From the NCBI GenBank assembly GCA_951406725.2, contig OX597816.1, forward strand, positions 114,390,001-114,454,000: a stretch of DNA of 64,000 bases, given 5' to 3'. The stretch comes from Octopus vulgaris (Eukaryota). This document shows, one piece after another, positions 13,000 to 26,789 of the stretch (positions within the stretch are counted from its first letter, which is position 1; each line of letters begins with the position of its first letter). A program made the position numbers and the translations under genes. The notes below the pieces were generated by a model. That model did no database searches, had not been told where the DNA came from, and saw only the letters and a list, made by a program, of their open reading frames with translations.

Positions 13000-13880
13000 A
13001 CCTTAGAGTTTTGATGAAGCCTTTTGAATATTTTTGATGACAAGGTTGTTGTGATTGCCCTTTGGGCAGGTGATAAGCAAGTCTTGAAGTTTGGCCCAGA
13101 GCAGAAAATATATGATAATTTATGTATAATTAATAGGGTTGCTGCATGATCAAAAGATTTGAGAAAATAGTTGTAGCAGCCAGGGGTACTTAACCACAAC
13201 CAAAATACTTCAATAGTGAGACTGATAGAATAATTCTCAAAAAGCAATAAAAGGTCATTGATTAAACTTTTCTCTTCTTGGCAAAATGTGACAAAGGATT
13301 TTATATAAAAATCTGCTTGGTTCTCCAGTCTTTCAACTTCCAGTAATAAAACAGCATGGAATAACCTTACAATCTTATACTTTGTGGAGACCATTTCATT
13401 TCATGTTTAAAAATTGTGTTTCTTTTGACTTCAATTAGGTAAGACTAGGTCAAGTAAGTACATCTGCGGAATGGTTTGGAAATTTCAAAAATATATTTTT
13501 TTATTGCAAAGAGAAAAGGTCAATATCCATTAGGATCCTTCTGAACTGGAGAAATGAGATAGTTAGATAAATGTTTGCTTTTGTGTATTGCCGAGTAATA
13601 TTAGATAGCAAAATATAAATTAAATGAATGTTAGATAGCTAATGTAAAATAGCAGTGGAAATCCAAAGGGATTTTGTTTACAGAAATATTTTATTGGAAT
13701 TAGTCAAAGAAAGGAATTTTAATAAAACAAGCTTTCAATGCCTTGTATTTCATTATGACCATTTTATTTTAAGCAGATTTGTTAACATATGAAATCAGAC
13801 TACATGAAATTGTGTAAAATATGTGACTTTGCATTGCAGTGGAACATTTTCACTGAAAGCTAAGCGGGTGTGCAATAGAG
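13000..13880 (-). pseudogene. Possible very ancient LINE reverse-transcriptase remnant
   Basis: Faint RT-like order on the minus strand (FQ*KCST resembling GFRxxxST; a PFLFAI segment; a degenerate FADD-like ttccgcagatgt); many stops. Confidence 0.2.
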
Positions 13881-15569
13881 AGAGAGAGAGAGAGTTCAAA
13901 TTTAAGTACTTTAGAAGAAAAAAAAATGACTAGGAATCAAAAATTACAGTTTACACTAGACAGATGACAATGTCAGTATGGCAGAAAATTGCAAGAGCAA
14001 TATACTGTGGTCTACCATTAACTAATAAATAATTCCTGTATATATATATATATATATATATATAGTTACACATGGATAGTACATTTAATTTGCAAACATA
14101 CTTCATAGTAATGGTATAAGTTATCTACAGCAGATGCAAATTATAAGATGTCAAAAGAAGAGGTAGTGGAACAAACATGAGGATGATAGATTTCAAAACA
14201 GAGACAACACAAGATCAAAACAGAGAGGTGCTGCATTGGAAATATCTATCTATCTCAAGCCAACAAGGGAAAAATGGACATTAGAAAATCAATGATAATG
14301 ATAATATATATATAGATATAAAAGAACACTGACAGAGGAAAATTAAATCTGAATATATTGCAAAGACTGCAATAAAGTTTGTGTGTGTATGTGTGTGTGT
14401 CCATATCTTTATTAATTTAATAACTTATATGAAATGACAGGAACATTTCAACATTCCATTTTAATTTTTCTTTCTAAGTTTTGACTTAGTTGAAAACTTT
14501 TCAGACCTGACATATTTAAGAAATCAAAAATAGTTTAAACTATTTGTAAAATTAATTCAATATGTTTCTCTAAGTTTATTTGTGGGGTTTATTGTTCATC
14601 TTCAGAATATTTGCAAAAGCAACCAGTGAAATTTACGCTTCACAGAAGACGTTTCTGAAAACCTTTTAAGTTATGTGACGATTGTTCCAAATAGCTTTTT
14701 AGAAGAGCTATGTAACTAGTCTACTGTAAAAACTCAGCGCGCTATTTTTAATCATTTGAAATAATAACAAGAACAACAATGATAATGATGAAAATAACAA
14801 TGATAATAATTTTGTTACTGTTCTGTTACTGTAACACCCACTCCACATACGACAGTTTATTTTTGCCTTTTTTTTTTTTTTTTCTGTTTTACTTCAGCAA
14901 AATATTTCTTCTTCCATCAGTTTGATTTAATGCACAAAATGCTTTTAGAATTAAAAAGTAAACAAATGAAAAGAAATTAAAAAAAAAACCGAAACATTAA
15001 CTCTGTGGAAGAATATGCAATGAATGATAAAAATCATTTATGCTTAGGTCATGCTGAAAGTCTGGTGCAAATTGTTAACTCCCAAGTTCCAGTGGAAACA
15101 ATGTACCAAGTTGTTATAACTGGCAGACAATTACAGGAGCAATGTGCAATGTTATACCAACAACTACTAATTTCTTTCTTTTTGTGTATTTTTCTTTCCT
15201 TTTATAAACATTTTCTTTTATGCAGATCAAAGAAAATCAGACTATAATTTTAAAGGGTTATCTTTCTTAGAAGTCAGGGGATATTGGTGAAATATTTTCA
15301 TAATATTTTCTGTATTTTTTTCAATATAAAATACTAAGATTCCAGTACATGGAATATATATAATTATATAGTTACAGAACAAAGTGATTTTGTAAAAGAA
15401 CAACAACAACTACAAAAGCACCTGTAGCAATATTCAGAGGTTGTGTAATTGTTGTAGATGTATTATAATTATGTCAAATGCAGACATTAACATATCATTA
15501 TATAATTTAAAAATACTAAAGGTATCACTTTAGTCTGACCAGAATTGAAGAAGTAGTAAGAAAATCCAC

Positions 15570-16450
15570 TTTAGTGCTACTTGATGGTAATTCTTGCCTA
15601 CCTCTTCAGAATGAACAGAGGTGGAGAAACCAGATAGCTATTAGTATAATATATCAGTGTAAGAATAGAATTTGTTACAAGCTGAAGCCTGTAGTTTATA
15701 CACCGACATAGAAATTAAACTCTTTAAATTTGTTAATTAACCAAAGGAATAGTGGGAGCAGTAAACCAATGGCCTTTTTTTTAATGCCTTCTCAGAATAG
15801 TGAAATTGTTACAATTGTAGTTCGGTTTGAAGTTCTGTTGGCTGAAGTTTATATGAAAACTATAATCAAAAACGGATTCCAGAAGAAGGTAGTTCTGGGG
15901 AGAAATGACTGAAAAAATGTTTAGAGTATGATGTAGGAAGTGGGTTATGATACAGTAAGGTTGAAGAAAGGATGTGCTTGTGTAGAGATGCAGTTTGCTA
16001 GTTCAGATGAACAAAGGTTGCTGTAGTTTGTGGCCAGTGGTTATAATGTGTGGTGAGTGAGTCTTTGCTATAAATGGAATGGATTTCTTTTGCCTGTGAT
16101 ATATATAATATTATGTGCTGCAGAGGCATTATCCCTGATGTGAGTTGCTTTTGTCTTTTATAGAGAATCATTCATGAGAGATCAGCATTGACCTCTCATA
16201 AATAAAAAGTTATCAAAGATTATTTTTAATGACTCCGTTCATTAGTAGGAAATTGTTTGCGCTTTTGTATGTTATAATTGTGTTTTTGTGTTGTGTGATG
16301 AAGCTAGAATCTGCTCTCCTCATTGAGAATGGTTTTAAGTCTTCTGTTCATGAAAGTAGAGCTTATCTTGTAAAAGATGTCTTAGTTGTTTGTGGATGAA
16401 GAGTAATATAATCTGTATACAGAGCATGTAGTAATAAAATATTAACGTCT
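15570..16450. mobile_element. Possible degenerate Penelope-like remnant
   Basis: Weak motifs LLDGNSC...SIIYQCK (+) and ALYTD / KKSIPFIA (-) resemble Penelope GIY-YIG and RT segments; heavily decayed. Confidence 0.2.
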
Positions 16451-16990
16451 TCACTAAGAAACAAAATATTTACTGCAATTTATTTAATTTATCTATGATA
16501 AGCAACCAAATTACTGAGATTAGTTTTCTAAAATCTGAACAGTAGTAAATTGAGGACAATTACAGCTGTTAATATTTAGAGAAAAAAACCCCCAAAAACA
16601 ACTTTGGTTTCAGTTTCTCCAAGTGTATCAAACCCACAAAATGATGTTATATTTTTGAATGTTGATTTTTATATGACTGAATGTGAACAGGTTAAATTTC
16701 AAACAAAGTCTTAAAAATTAATGATGAAAGTTTTTCTATTGCTAGTTTTAGTAATGTTTCAACCTAAATGATTTATGCTGAAATACACATTTCTTTGTTT
16801 CTGAAATGGGTGGGTCAGTTCAATTAGTATTTAACATTTAAAACTATCATCAGCACCACTTTTCTATAGTAGACCTCTAAAGGAGAAACAAAGCTGGAAT
16901 CACTGATAAAATATCTAGAAATAACTTGAAATTTAAGATGAAATTTTTATGCTCTATTTTAGTTTTGTATTTCATTTTTTTTCTTCTTAG

Positions 16991-17130
16991 GCTATAAAAA
17001 TTTTATAAGATCTGAGTATCAATTTGACAATGTTAAGGTCAAATCAACAAACATTTGGAGTTCTATTGATTAACAGAAGAAACTGGAAGGAATGACAAAT
17101 GAGCAGTACAATAAAAATCTTTTTAAAAGA
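16991..17130 (+). other. Candidate terminal exon with AATAAA
   Basis: Strong acceptor tttcatttttttcttcttag| at 16990; phase-1 frame open for 26 codons to TAA at 17071-17073; AATAAA at 17110-17115. Confidence 0.3.
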
Positions 17131-19190
17131 ATAACATAAAAAAGAACAATGGTGTATGTGCATACTTGAGAAAGAGAGAGAGAGAGAAAGAGAGAAAGAA
17201 AGAGAGAGAATAAAATATCACAGAATAATTTTTCTTTTAAATTGAATCATTATTATTTTCCTTGTTAAAAAAAAAATCTCCTCAATCAATTTTCTACTCA
17301 AAAATTTGACCATTTCTTAATAAAATATACATTGCTATAGTCACATGACAAATTCATGAAACTAAGTTTGGTTCTTAATTTTTGTAACAAGCTGAAGGTT
17401 TAAAACCTTACAAGATCTCTAGCTATTTACTGCTATAAATATTGTATCTAACCCAAATAACTATATAAAGAATCTTATTCTTTAAATCTGTTGAGATTTG
17501 TTTCTATTTTAAAACTTGTACACAAATGGCAATCTACTAAAAGTGTATACAATTATCAAGAAATATATTCCAGCTCTACCTTACAAATACATACACACTC
17601 AAACACATGTTTATGCTCATATATATTCATACATATATTCAATTCTCACCATCTTATACATACTCATTTGCATATGTATCGATACATACACATACACACA
17701 CATGCATATAAGCATGTGCATGTGTATATTTGCACACACATCTTTCATATACAGATATTGTAGATATGAAACATTTGAATTGTTAGATTTTCTGACATTT
17801 TCATTTGAAGTAAAGTATTTTAAACAATAGTATCTTCAATGTGAAATTGGAAATTCTTTCTAAACAATCTCCCTCTGGTGTCTCATTTAAGAATTAATTC
17901 AAGATGAGATAATTAGATTGTATATTTTACTTATCAATGCTGAGATTTTTAGAGAAACCAAACATGATGGCAATGAATTCTTTAATAAACATTAAAGAAA
18001 GACAAACATGTAAATCAATCGAGAAAAGGCGAAAAAAAAAAAAGAAAAGAAAAATAAGCATAGCAGAGTTACTGAATTCTAAAAGATGGAAATAATAATT
18101 AAAACAAAACAATGACGAAGAAAATATTTATGATCATAATACATATTAAAGAATTAATTCTCTTGGGTTATTCATTTGTCAACTGAAATCAATAATCACT
18201 TTATTAATATATCCAGAGCAGCAAAGTTAACTTTAATTACCTTTAATTAACACAACAGGTCACTCATATAATCCACGAGAAATATTTCTTTATTGTCCTT
18301 AACTAATAAAACATATCAATCACCAATAGTTTGCAAAGTAAATGTCAAAACAGAAAACAAAAAACAACCAAATACATTAACAATGATTGTTTATTCTTTT
18401 CTGTTTATATTTGTTATCTAAATGCAATAATTTAATAATGCATTTTAAGCCTTTTCTTTTTCTTTTGTATATAATTCCTCGCTACAAATCCTCTTTCACT
18501 TGATTGCCCCATATTATTATTGTTATTACTGCTACCACTAATTCATTACAACTGTCACTATTGTTATCATTTCTATTATTATTTCTACTTACATTAATGC
18601 AGTTTTGAAGAGAAAAAGGTTTAGTCCTTGATTTGACTTTATTTCTTATTTGAAGACTATTTTTGTAGATATTTCTTTGAGAAAGGAATGAATGCTACAC
18701 AATTTCAAAAAAAAGAAATGCTGGTGATAGATTAAACAGGAATATGCATAAAATTTGGTACTTTGTTTCAAATCTTTTCTTTTTTTTTTTTGAAGCAGCC
18801 TTAAGTATTTTTATTCTTTGAATTAAAGAGTAAAACAGAAGACCTGCCATTGCTAACAGAGGGCAGAGACTCCTGGCACAGCAAAATACACCCAACTTTT
18901 CTTGATAAGAAGGAGGAGAAGAAAGAGAAAAAGAAGAGATATTATCAAAAGCTGAGGTGTATTTTAGTGAGTAATTTTAGTTTTCCTTCCAAAGTATAAA
19001 AGAGATGTTTTTAAAAAAAACACTTTCAGCCTACATGGGAAATCAACTTATTAATTTTTAAATGATGTAACTGAAGATTGCTAGTAAGCTTTAGAGTACT
19101 TGCCTGCAGATGAAAACTAAGCAAGTTAAGAAAGAACCAATGCAGATTTCTTCATGTATTACTTTATATTGTTTATATATATATTTTTTT

Positions 19191-19342
19191 TGCTGTGTGG
19201 TAAGAAGCTTGCTTCTCAGTCACATGGTTCCGGGTTCGGTCCCACTGCATGGCATCTTGGGCAAGTGTCTTCTATAGCCTTGGGCTGACCGAGGCCTTGT
19301 GAGTGGATTTGGTAGACAGAAACTGAAAGAAGCCCGTTGAAC

Positions 19343-19385
<43 letters not shown>

Positions 19386-19597
19386 TGTATATGCTTGCAT
19401 GTCTGTGTTTGTCCCCGCATCATCACTTGACAACTGATGTTGGTGTGTTTACGTCCCTGTAACTTAGTGGTTTGGCAAAATAGACCGATAGAATAAGTAC
19501 TAGGCTTATAAAGGATAAGTCCTGGGGTTGATTTGTTTGACTAAAGGCAGTGCTCCAGTACGGCTGCAGTCAAATGACTGAAACAAATTAAAGAATA
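19191..19597 (+). mobile_element. tRNA-derived SINE family A, near full length
   Basis: A-box-like gctgtgtggt, B-box gggttcggtccc, CORE-like cttgggcaagtg, internal (TA)n and the 3' end gcagtcaaatgactgaaacaa. Confidence 0.85.
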
Positions 19598-19647
19598 GGT
19601 TCATAAGAATTAACAAAATTATAACGATAGAATCTTAGAATGGATAA

Positions 19648-19850
19648 TCTTTTATCTTTTACTTGTTTCAGTCATTTGACTGTGACCATGCTGGGGCAGT
19701 GACTTGTAGGGTTTTAGTTGAACAACTCAACTCCAGTACTTGTCTTTTTTAAAGACTGGCACTTATTCTGTCAGTCTCTCTTTGCTGAACTGCTAAGTTA
19801 TGAAGACATAAACAAACCAACAACAATTGTCAAGTAGGGGTGGGAGACAG
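19648..19850 (-). mobile_element. SINE family A 3' half, tail-to-tail with the previous copy
   Basis: ttttacttgtttcagtcatttgactg...gctgaactgctaagtta...ttgtcaag. Confidence 0.8.
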
Positions 19851-20340
19851 GCCTGAGAGAAGTTTAATGAAACTTTAAATTATCATAGGCCAGAACCTGA
19901 TCATATGCTCTCAATAACCTGTGGCATAAATGAAAGTAATCTTTACAGTATACTTATACGTGCATAATAAATGGTAATTATAATTTCATTAAAAAGCCTG
20001 AAATGTTGAAGGTTAATGTGAGGTAGGAACTATGATGTTGGGTATAAAAATAAAAGGTTGCATGATGTTCAGTGACCTATTAACCTAATTAATTCTTCTA
20101 ATTATAATTAAATTTTTAACTTGTGTATTTTCCAAATTCTTATTGAATTACTAAGTTTGAGGAGAGAGGCAGGAGAAGGAACAGTGTCCACCATCTTCAA
20201 AGGTCAGAAAGTTAATACAAAGGTGTGATTGATGTAATTGATTGACTTCCAGAGCAATATTTCTACACACTTCTTGGCTAGACTTCAACTTATAATGTCT
20301 TATTTCTATCTCCTGGATTATTGGCTTCTATCTTCTCTAC

Positions 20341-20635
20341 AGCAGAGACACATAGCCTAGTGGTTAGACCAGCAGACTTAAGGTCAAGGGATTGCGGGTT
20401 TGAATCTCAGACCATGTGATGTGTGTGTTTATGAGCAAAACACCTAAGCTCCATGAAGCTCCAGCAGAATGTAATGACAAATTTCTGCTGACCCTTTCGG
20501 TACAACTTTCTCTCACTCTTTCTTCCTGCATCTAACAGCTCACCTGTGATGGACAGGCGTCCCATCTAGGTGGGGAACCTATATACCAATGAAACCAGGA
20601 AACTGGCCCTTATGAGAAGGAACAAACAACAATAA
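20341..20635 (+). mobile_element. tRNA-derived SINE family C
   Basis: A-box tagcctagtggtt, B-box gggtttgaatctc, central gtgatggacaggcgtcccatctagg domain and gaaaccaggaaactggccc, shared with 47925-48182. Confidence 0.7.
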
Positions 20636-21433
20636 CGTCTTCTCTACAATACTCTTGTAGACCCCGTGTTGTAAAGAATTGTATTACTAATACAACTCTG
20701 TTTAGAATAAGAGCAGTTATGATTATAGGAGTATTGTTAGCATATTGTATAATGGCTCGGCAAAATTTGATCATTGTTAATGGGGAAGAATATTATTATA
20801 AAATAATGATGCCGATGGTTGTTATGAGATATTAGTAAATTAACAAAGCTAAATTGTTGTTGTTTAGCACAAGTTCAGCTTGACTGAGAAAAACTATGTT
20901 TAAGGTTATATCACTCCAGATGTGGCCAAATCTAAGACATTACATAATGTGTTCTTCACATTTTTAAAACAGTGGAGGTAATTTGAAGGAAATGTGGCTG
21001 CTATTTCTTGGAGGTTGAATAACCACGGAGCAGTTCGTTCATTGGCTCATATAGAGGTAGGTTTATGTTTAGTGTGACTTCTTACAATTAAGAGAGAGAG
21101 AGAGAGAAAGAGAGGTATTGGTGATAAGGGGCCATGATTACATACAGAAATAGAACCTCTGAGCCCATACGATGCCGGTCTCACTACCCAAGTTCAGCAG
21201 CACTAGCAAGGAAACTGCACTGGGTAAAGTGAGTAGTAAGAAAATGAAATTAAGTGAAGAGCAATTGATAATATCAGATGGAAAAGCAATCTGGATTGAA
21301 ATGTCAAAACAGTAGACAGAAGATTTCTAATCCTTCATATGGAAATATTTAAATAAATAAAAGAGCGAGAGGGTGATAGAGAGAGAGAAAGAGAGAGTGA
21401 TAGCTAGATAGATAGATGGAGTGATATATATAC

Positions 21434-21464
<31 letters not shown>

Positions 21465-22050
21465 TGTATGTATGTATGTATAGCGAGAAAAACAGAGAGA
21501 GAGAGAGAGAGACAGAGAGAGACAGTGAAGTGAGGAGATAGGAGATATAATAAAAAAAATTCCCTAAGGTGGGATTAAATCATATCAGTAATATTTTAAC
21601 TCAGGCTGGCACTATGGCAAAGCATTAATGCTCTGAAAGAAGGCACTGTTAAACTGAGCTAGGCTTCTCAATCTACTTTGTGACATTTTCTGAGGCTCAT
21701 ATCCTAGAAGTTCCCTACCCCACCACCCGGTAAAAAAAACAAAGAGGGGGGAAAAAAATATTAAAAATGAAGGAAATCCATTCAGCAGTGAAAGCGAAGA
21801 GGTTTCACAATTCCCTTCAGATCACATATCACATTAGTAAATGTCCCCTATCGAGAGTAGATACAAACTGGCTTCATCTTCTACAGGAATCACTTCATAT
21901 TTGTTCTTGACTCATCAAGAGGCCAGCTTAGACAAGTACAATATTTCACAAGGTTTTTCTAAAACAGTCACTATCTCAAATGATATTGAAGAATCATACA
22001 CAATATCTTAGTTATATATAATTTATTAATAAGTTGTGTGTATGTGAGTG

Positions 22051-22087
<37 letters not shown>

Positions 22088-22204
22088 TATATGTATGTAT
22101 ATATATATATACATATATGTATGTATGTATGTATATGCACACACATATAGATAGATATATACTCACACACACAAACATATATGCTATATCTATCTATGTA
22201 TCCA

Positions 22205-22236
<32 letters not shown>

Positions 22237-22559
22237 ATGGATTCATTCTCCCATTGATTTTAATATATGAGAAGGCCAACAGCTGCTAGACTACTGAAAC
22301 AGATGATTTGTTTCCAATGGTGAAGGCTTATGTAAGACCAGCCACACTTGGAAATGCTGGTAGCAGAAAGTCAGTGCAAATGTTTGCTACAAACTCAATG
22401 AACAACACACCTCAGGCTTTTCTATTAGAGTTCTCCTCCTGGGTTAGTTGCCTTCATCGTGACTTAGAGTTCAACCAACCCTAAAAGGCTAAATTCACAC
22501 CTGATGTCTAACCAGAAATTTCTAAGTGCTTGTGATGCATACATATGTACATAATACAT

Positions 22560-22960
22560 ATATCATATTACTGAATAGCTGCTGATGCTTCTGAATTCAC
22601 TTGTCCTTTGACCGGTTTTAGTTTTCATTCTGCAGGGTGTCCTAAAACCACGTCTCACAAAATTTGCCAACATTGCTCTTGACATGCCTATGCACTCTTT
22701 CCTTTTTATGTCTTTTACTGCTAATTCTTCTGTCTTTTTGCATTTAATCCTATGTACTATGAATGCACATTTTGTTATTGTTGACATTCTTTACTTGACT
22801 TAATGTTGATTTCTGTGCTCTCTTTTACTCTTTTGGCAAGTTCTAGTAAATCTGAACACTGTATACAAATTCATTATTATTCTATATTTATTTGATAATA
22901 CATCTTATCATTAGCTGATCTGTCTGCTATCTTTTGAACAAGCCCAGGTTTCTTCATTCA
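22560..22960 (-). pseudogene. Highly degenerate RTE-like RT C-terminal fragment
   Basis: Minus-strand fragments DLLELAKRVKES...IN, then IGMSRAMLANF and MKTK, follow the order of RTE post-YADD motifs; frameshifted. Confidence 0.3.
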
Positions 22961-24294
22961 TGATCTAGAAAATTATTAAATGAGTTTGCCCACTTTTGAA
23001 ATCAATTGCCACTAGCACAATATATTTTACCAACCCATCATTACAAAATACATGAGACTTTTACTGCTTGTATTTTGTTTTCTCTTTTTATAGTAAAACA
23101 ACTTAAGATTCATAATGATTTAATTCCTTTATAGGAAAATGATATTAAACACAGTATTGGTTATGATGTAGTCAAGCAACTTTAAGCCTTCAACAGACCA
23201 TTTAGCAGCATTTTTAGTATGGGAGATCTATAATATATGGTAGTATTTCTCAGATGATATTGATAATAGAAATGGTTATATAGAGAGTTTCTTATCAATC
23301 AGTATACAATTAGTCACATACAATAGCCATCAACTTAGAAAATATAAATATGTAACAGATAATAAAAAATAAAAAACAAAAAAAAGCTGAAGCAAACTAA
23401 TACCTCATACTGCTAACAGCTGTTGAAGTTAGCTTACTATTTGGACAAAAAACATAAAAACAAAAAGGGAGGGTGGAGAGGGATCAGAATAGACTTACTA
23501 ATTTCAAAAGAATTGACTCTACCACAGAGAAAAATAATGCAGAACCAAAATAGACCACACAATAAATTAAATTTTGGCAGGGTTGAACTAGAAACACCTA
23601 CTCCTACTTGAAGAAAGCATACCTCAATTAAATGGGTCACACAATAAATTAACCACAGCTAACCTTGCCGAATTAGAACCAGTTTCCTCTCTTAACAGAA
23701 GAAGGCAGTCCTTCTTCCAAAATAGGTCATAGGCAGCATGATTCTGCATTTACACAAGCAGGAAGTGCAATTCAAAGAAATTCTAATCAGGAGAATTTTG
23801 AATTCTTCTGGGGAAACTATAGTATTCTGTCTGGAAAGTAAAATACATTTTGTGTGCATGCATGTGTGTGTATGTGTATATATGAAAGAGAGAAGAGGTA
23901 GGGATGAGGTGTTGTGAATTACATTGAGGGGTAAAATCTGAATTTAACAATGAAACAGGTAGTCTTGACACTTATGAACTCTAAGAAAGGAAAATAGTGT
24001 GTCAACTGTGAAATTGATCAATGGTCTTCAAAATTCTATAGATTTTGTGAACAGAACAAGGAATGTGTATGTTTAGTGTAAGAATATTCAGAAAACTATA
24101 TGCATTATGAATGAATTGCTGAAGCCCAATTATCTGGAATAGTTTTGTATGTGTGCATGTGTGCATCTGAATGTGTGCATGTATTTGTGTGAGTAGACAC
24201 ATTTAGTTATGCCAATCCTGCTATTTTTACCTATCTTTTATAAACTTTACTAAAGGTCAGTACCTATTGTCTCACTTTCCCTTTAAGATAATAA

Positions 24295-24440
24295 TAGCTT
24301 CAAATTTTGTCACAGAGCCAGTAGTTTTCAAGGGGAGGAGGCCAGTTGATTACACCAGCTCCAGTACTTACTTGACTGGTATTTATTTCATTGACCCTAA
24401 AAGAACAAAAAACAAAGCTGACCTCAGCAGAATTTAAACT
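24295..24440 (-). mobile_element. SINE family B fragment
   Basis: ttcaaattttgtcacagagccag...gactggtatttatttcattgacc...gacctcagcagaatttaaact. Confidence 0.65.
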
Positions 24441-25864
24441 CCCCTCTTAAGATAATAATATTGCATGGTTATAATATCGAAATAATGAATGGACATGTAT
24501 TTTATATCTGATAAATAGATTTCTTCGTGAAATTATAACAACCTTTGTCAAACTGATTATAGAAGATCTAATATATAATATAGAATCAATTGGGTGTATA
24601 TGGGGTGTGTGAGCTCAGAAACTGAGTCAGATGAACAAAAAAGTGAATGTGAAGACCTGCTGGAAAATGAAGTGAGAACCATAACTAAAGAGAGAGTGAA
24701 TTATACACTAGAGAGAAGGGTTAGAAAATTATGCACATCGGTGAACGATTAACAAGTTTGCTTTGCAACTGTGTGTTTCACTGTGTTCACCTATTTATTT
24801 CAATAAATTTGGAGCTTGTTTAATAAAAAGTAAAATAGTATAAGTAGAGAAACGAAATGCTGTTTAAAGGAGCAGTTACATGATTAAATGAAATGAGCTT
24901 ACAACATTCAACCTGATATCAAGATACATTGGTGATTAGTAGCAAAATATTTTAATATTTAATTTCATATATTTAATAGCATGCACACACAAACACACAT
25001 TTATACATTCATATATATATATATATATATATAAATCTTAGGGTAGCAAGAATATTCATAGAAAAATTCTTAGTTATCAGTGGTCTAGCGAGAAAGAAAA
25101 AATTAGTCAATAGACTATATATTATTCAGAGAAGAATACAGTGTATGTTCAAACACAAAAGAGATACCCGAAGAATAGGATATGTGTGTATATATATATA
25201 TATACACACTCACACACATATATGCATATATAATGTATACACACACACACACATGTAGTCATGTATATTTATATCAATGTAGGGTAAAGACCAGAACCTT
25301 GCAACATGAATGCCCTGTGGTATTCATGTCTGACTGAGTTATCTCCTTTCACAGAAACGTCTACATTGGTTTGCAGTTATCTATAAGAGAACAATAAGTA
25401 CCAAACAAAAAAAAACTAGGGTTAATATAAACTAAAAACTCTTGAGGGTGGTGAAGCCCCAACATGGCCACAATACAATATCTGATACTAGTTAAAAGAA
25501 GAAAGAGATGGTTAAGTAACAGAATGAAAGAGGAGGATGGAAGTATATATCTCCCAAAAGGCTGTATCAGCAATAAGTTGGTTTCTTTTTCAGCCAGCTA
25601 GCCTGGGGCACAGTGAAGTGTACCTGTTATCATTGCTCCCTTGCCAAATTTACATTTGTATTTTTTTGGCATCTGAAGGGTATCTAACCAAATGACATGT
25701 ACAGGTATTCAGTCTTTCAGAGCAATAGCTGCTAGTGGGAGTTGGCTGGGATTGTGAAAACTATGCCAGCATGGGAAGAGGATGCAAAAATGACTATATA
25801 TATATAACAAAGGGAATTACTATTTGTAAATCTCATAACGAAAGATATTCAGCAACAGTACTTT

Positions 25865-26118
25865 GGAGTAAAGATTATTTGCCAACATAACATGGCAGTC
25901 ATGGTTTAGGACAAATGTTGCTGTAATTTAGTCCCAAGAGACATCGTCTACAGCTGGCTATATGAACCAATCGGTGTCTTTATTCCCTTGTTCAAAAATA
26001 TAAGGACACAGATCATGTCGTATAACCAGCTGGAGACGATGTCTCCTGGGGCTAAATTACAGCAACATTTGTCCTAAATCATGTCTGCTATGTTATGTTG
26101 GCAAATAATCTTTACTCC
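25865..26118. mobile_element. Foldback palindromic element (MITE-like), 254 bp
   Basis: Arm ggagtaaagattatttgccaacataacat... pairs with ...atgttatgttggcaaataatctttactcc over about 115-120 bp with few mismatches and a short central loop. Confidence 0.9.
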
Positions 26119-26179
26119 TAATATAACAAATGCAAAAACTAATTTGAGTGTCAGTGTGTCACGCTTTTTCAACTTTAAT

Positions 26180-26283
26180 AAATCCTTTCTACTGGAAGCA
26201 CAAGGCCTCAAATTTTGTGGGAAGGGATTAAGTCGATTACAGTGATCCTAGTATGTAACTGGTACTAATTTTATCGGCCCTGA
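26180..26283 (-). mobile_element. SINE family B 3' fragment
   Basis: aatcctttctact...gcacaaggcct...aagtcgattac...aactggtact. Confidence 0.65.
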
Positions 26284-26789
26284 ATCATATTGTACAGGTA
26301 TGTAAAGCAGTGATTGTTAGCTGTATAGGTAAAGTGGTTGTGGAGGAGCAAGATATTTAGTAAACTTAGGTTAAGTAATGTCATGTATAGTCACTCACAT
26401 ATAAAAAATAGGCAATGGTGATATAGAGCCTCATAATTTACAAGTGTTGATATGGAGTCATATTAGCTACAGGTGTTGTGGTGTAGAGTCGCATAGTTTC
26501 TAGGTGATATACAATATCTATTTTACAAGTGATATATGACATGCTGTATGATTGATTAGAGGTTAACATATAAGTCTAGAGATACTGACTATCATTTGTA
26601 TTGTTATTCACGGGCCAGTTTCTCATGTCAAGGTGGTGGGGAGAAATGAGATTGAAAATGAGCAGATAAATTGTGTTTAATACAATTAATATGATTTTTT
26701 AAAACTTATCCAACATCAGGATAAAGAAAGAAAAATAATATAGATGCAAACTTTATTTATATTCTCATTTATTTACACAGTTTATTAGC

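Noticed and set aside
26380-26540. Degenerate ~28-bp tandem pattern (gtgatatagagtc...ttacaag)
   Set aside because: Too diverged to define a unit reliably by eye.
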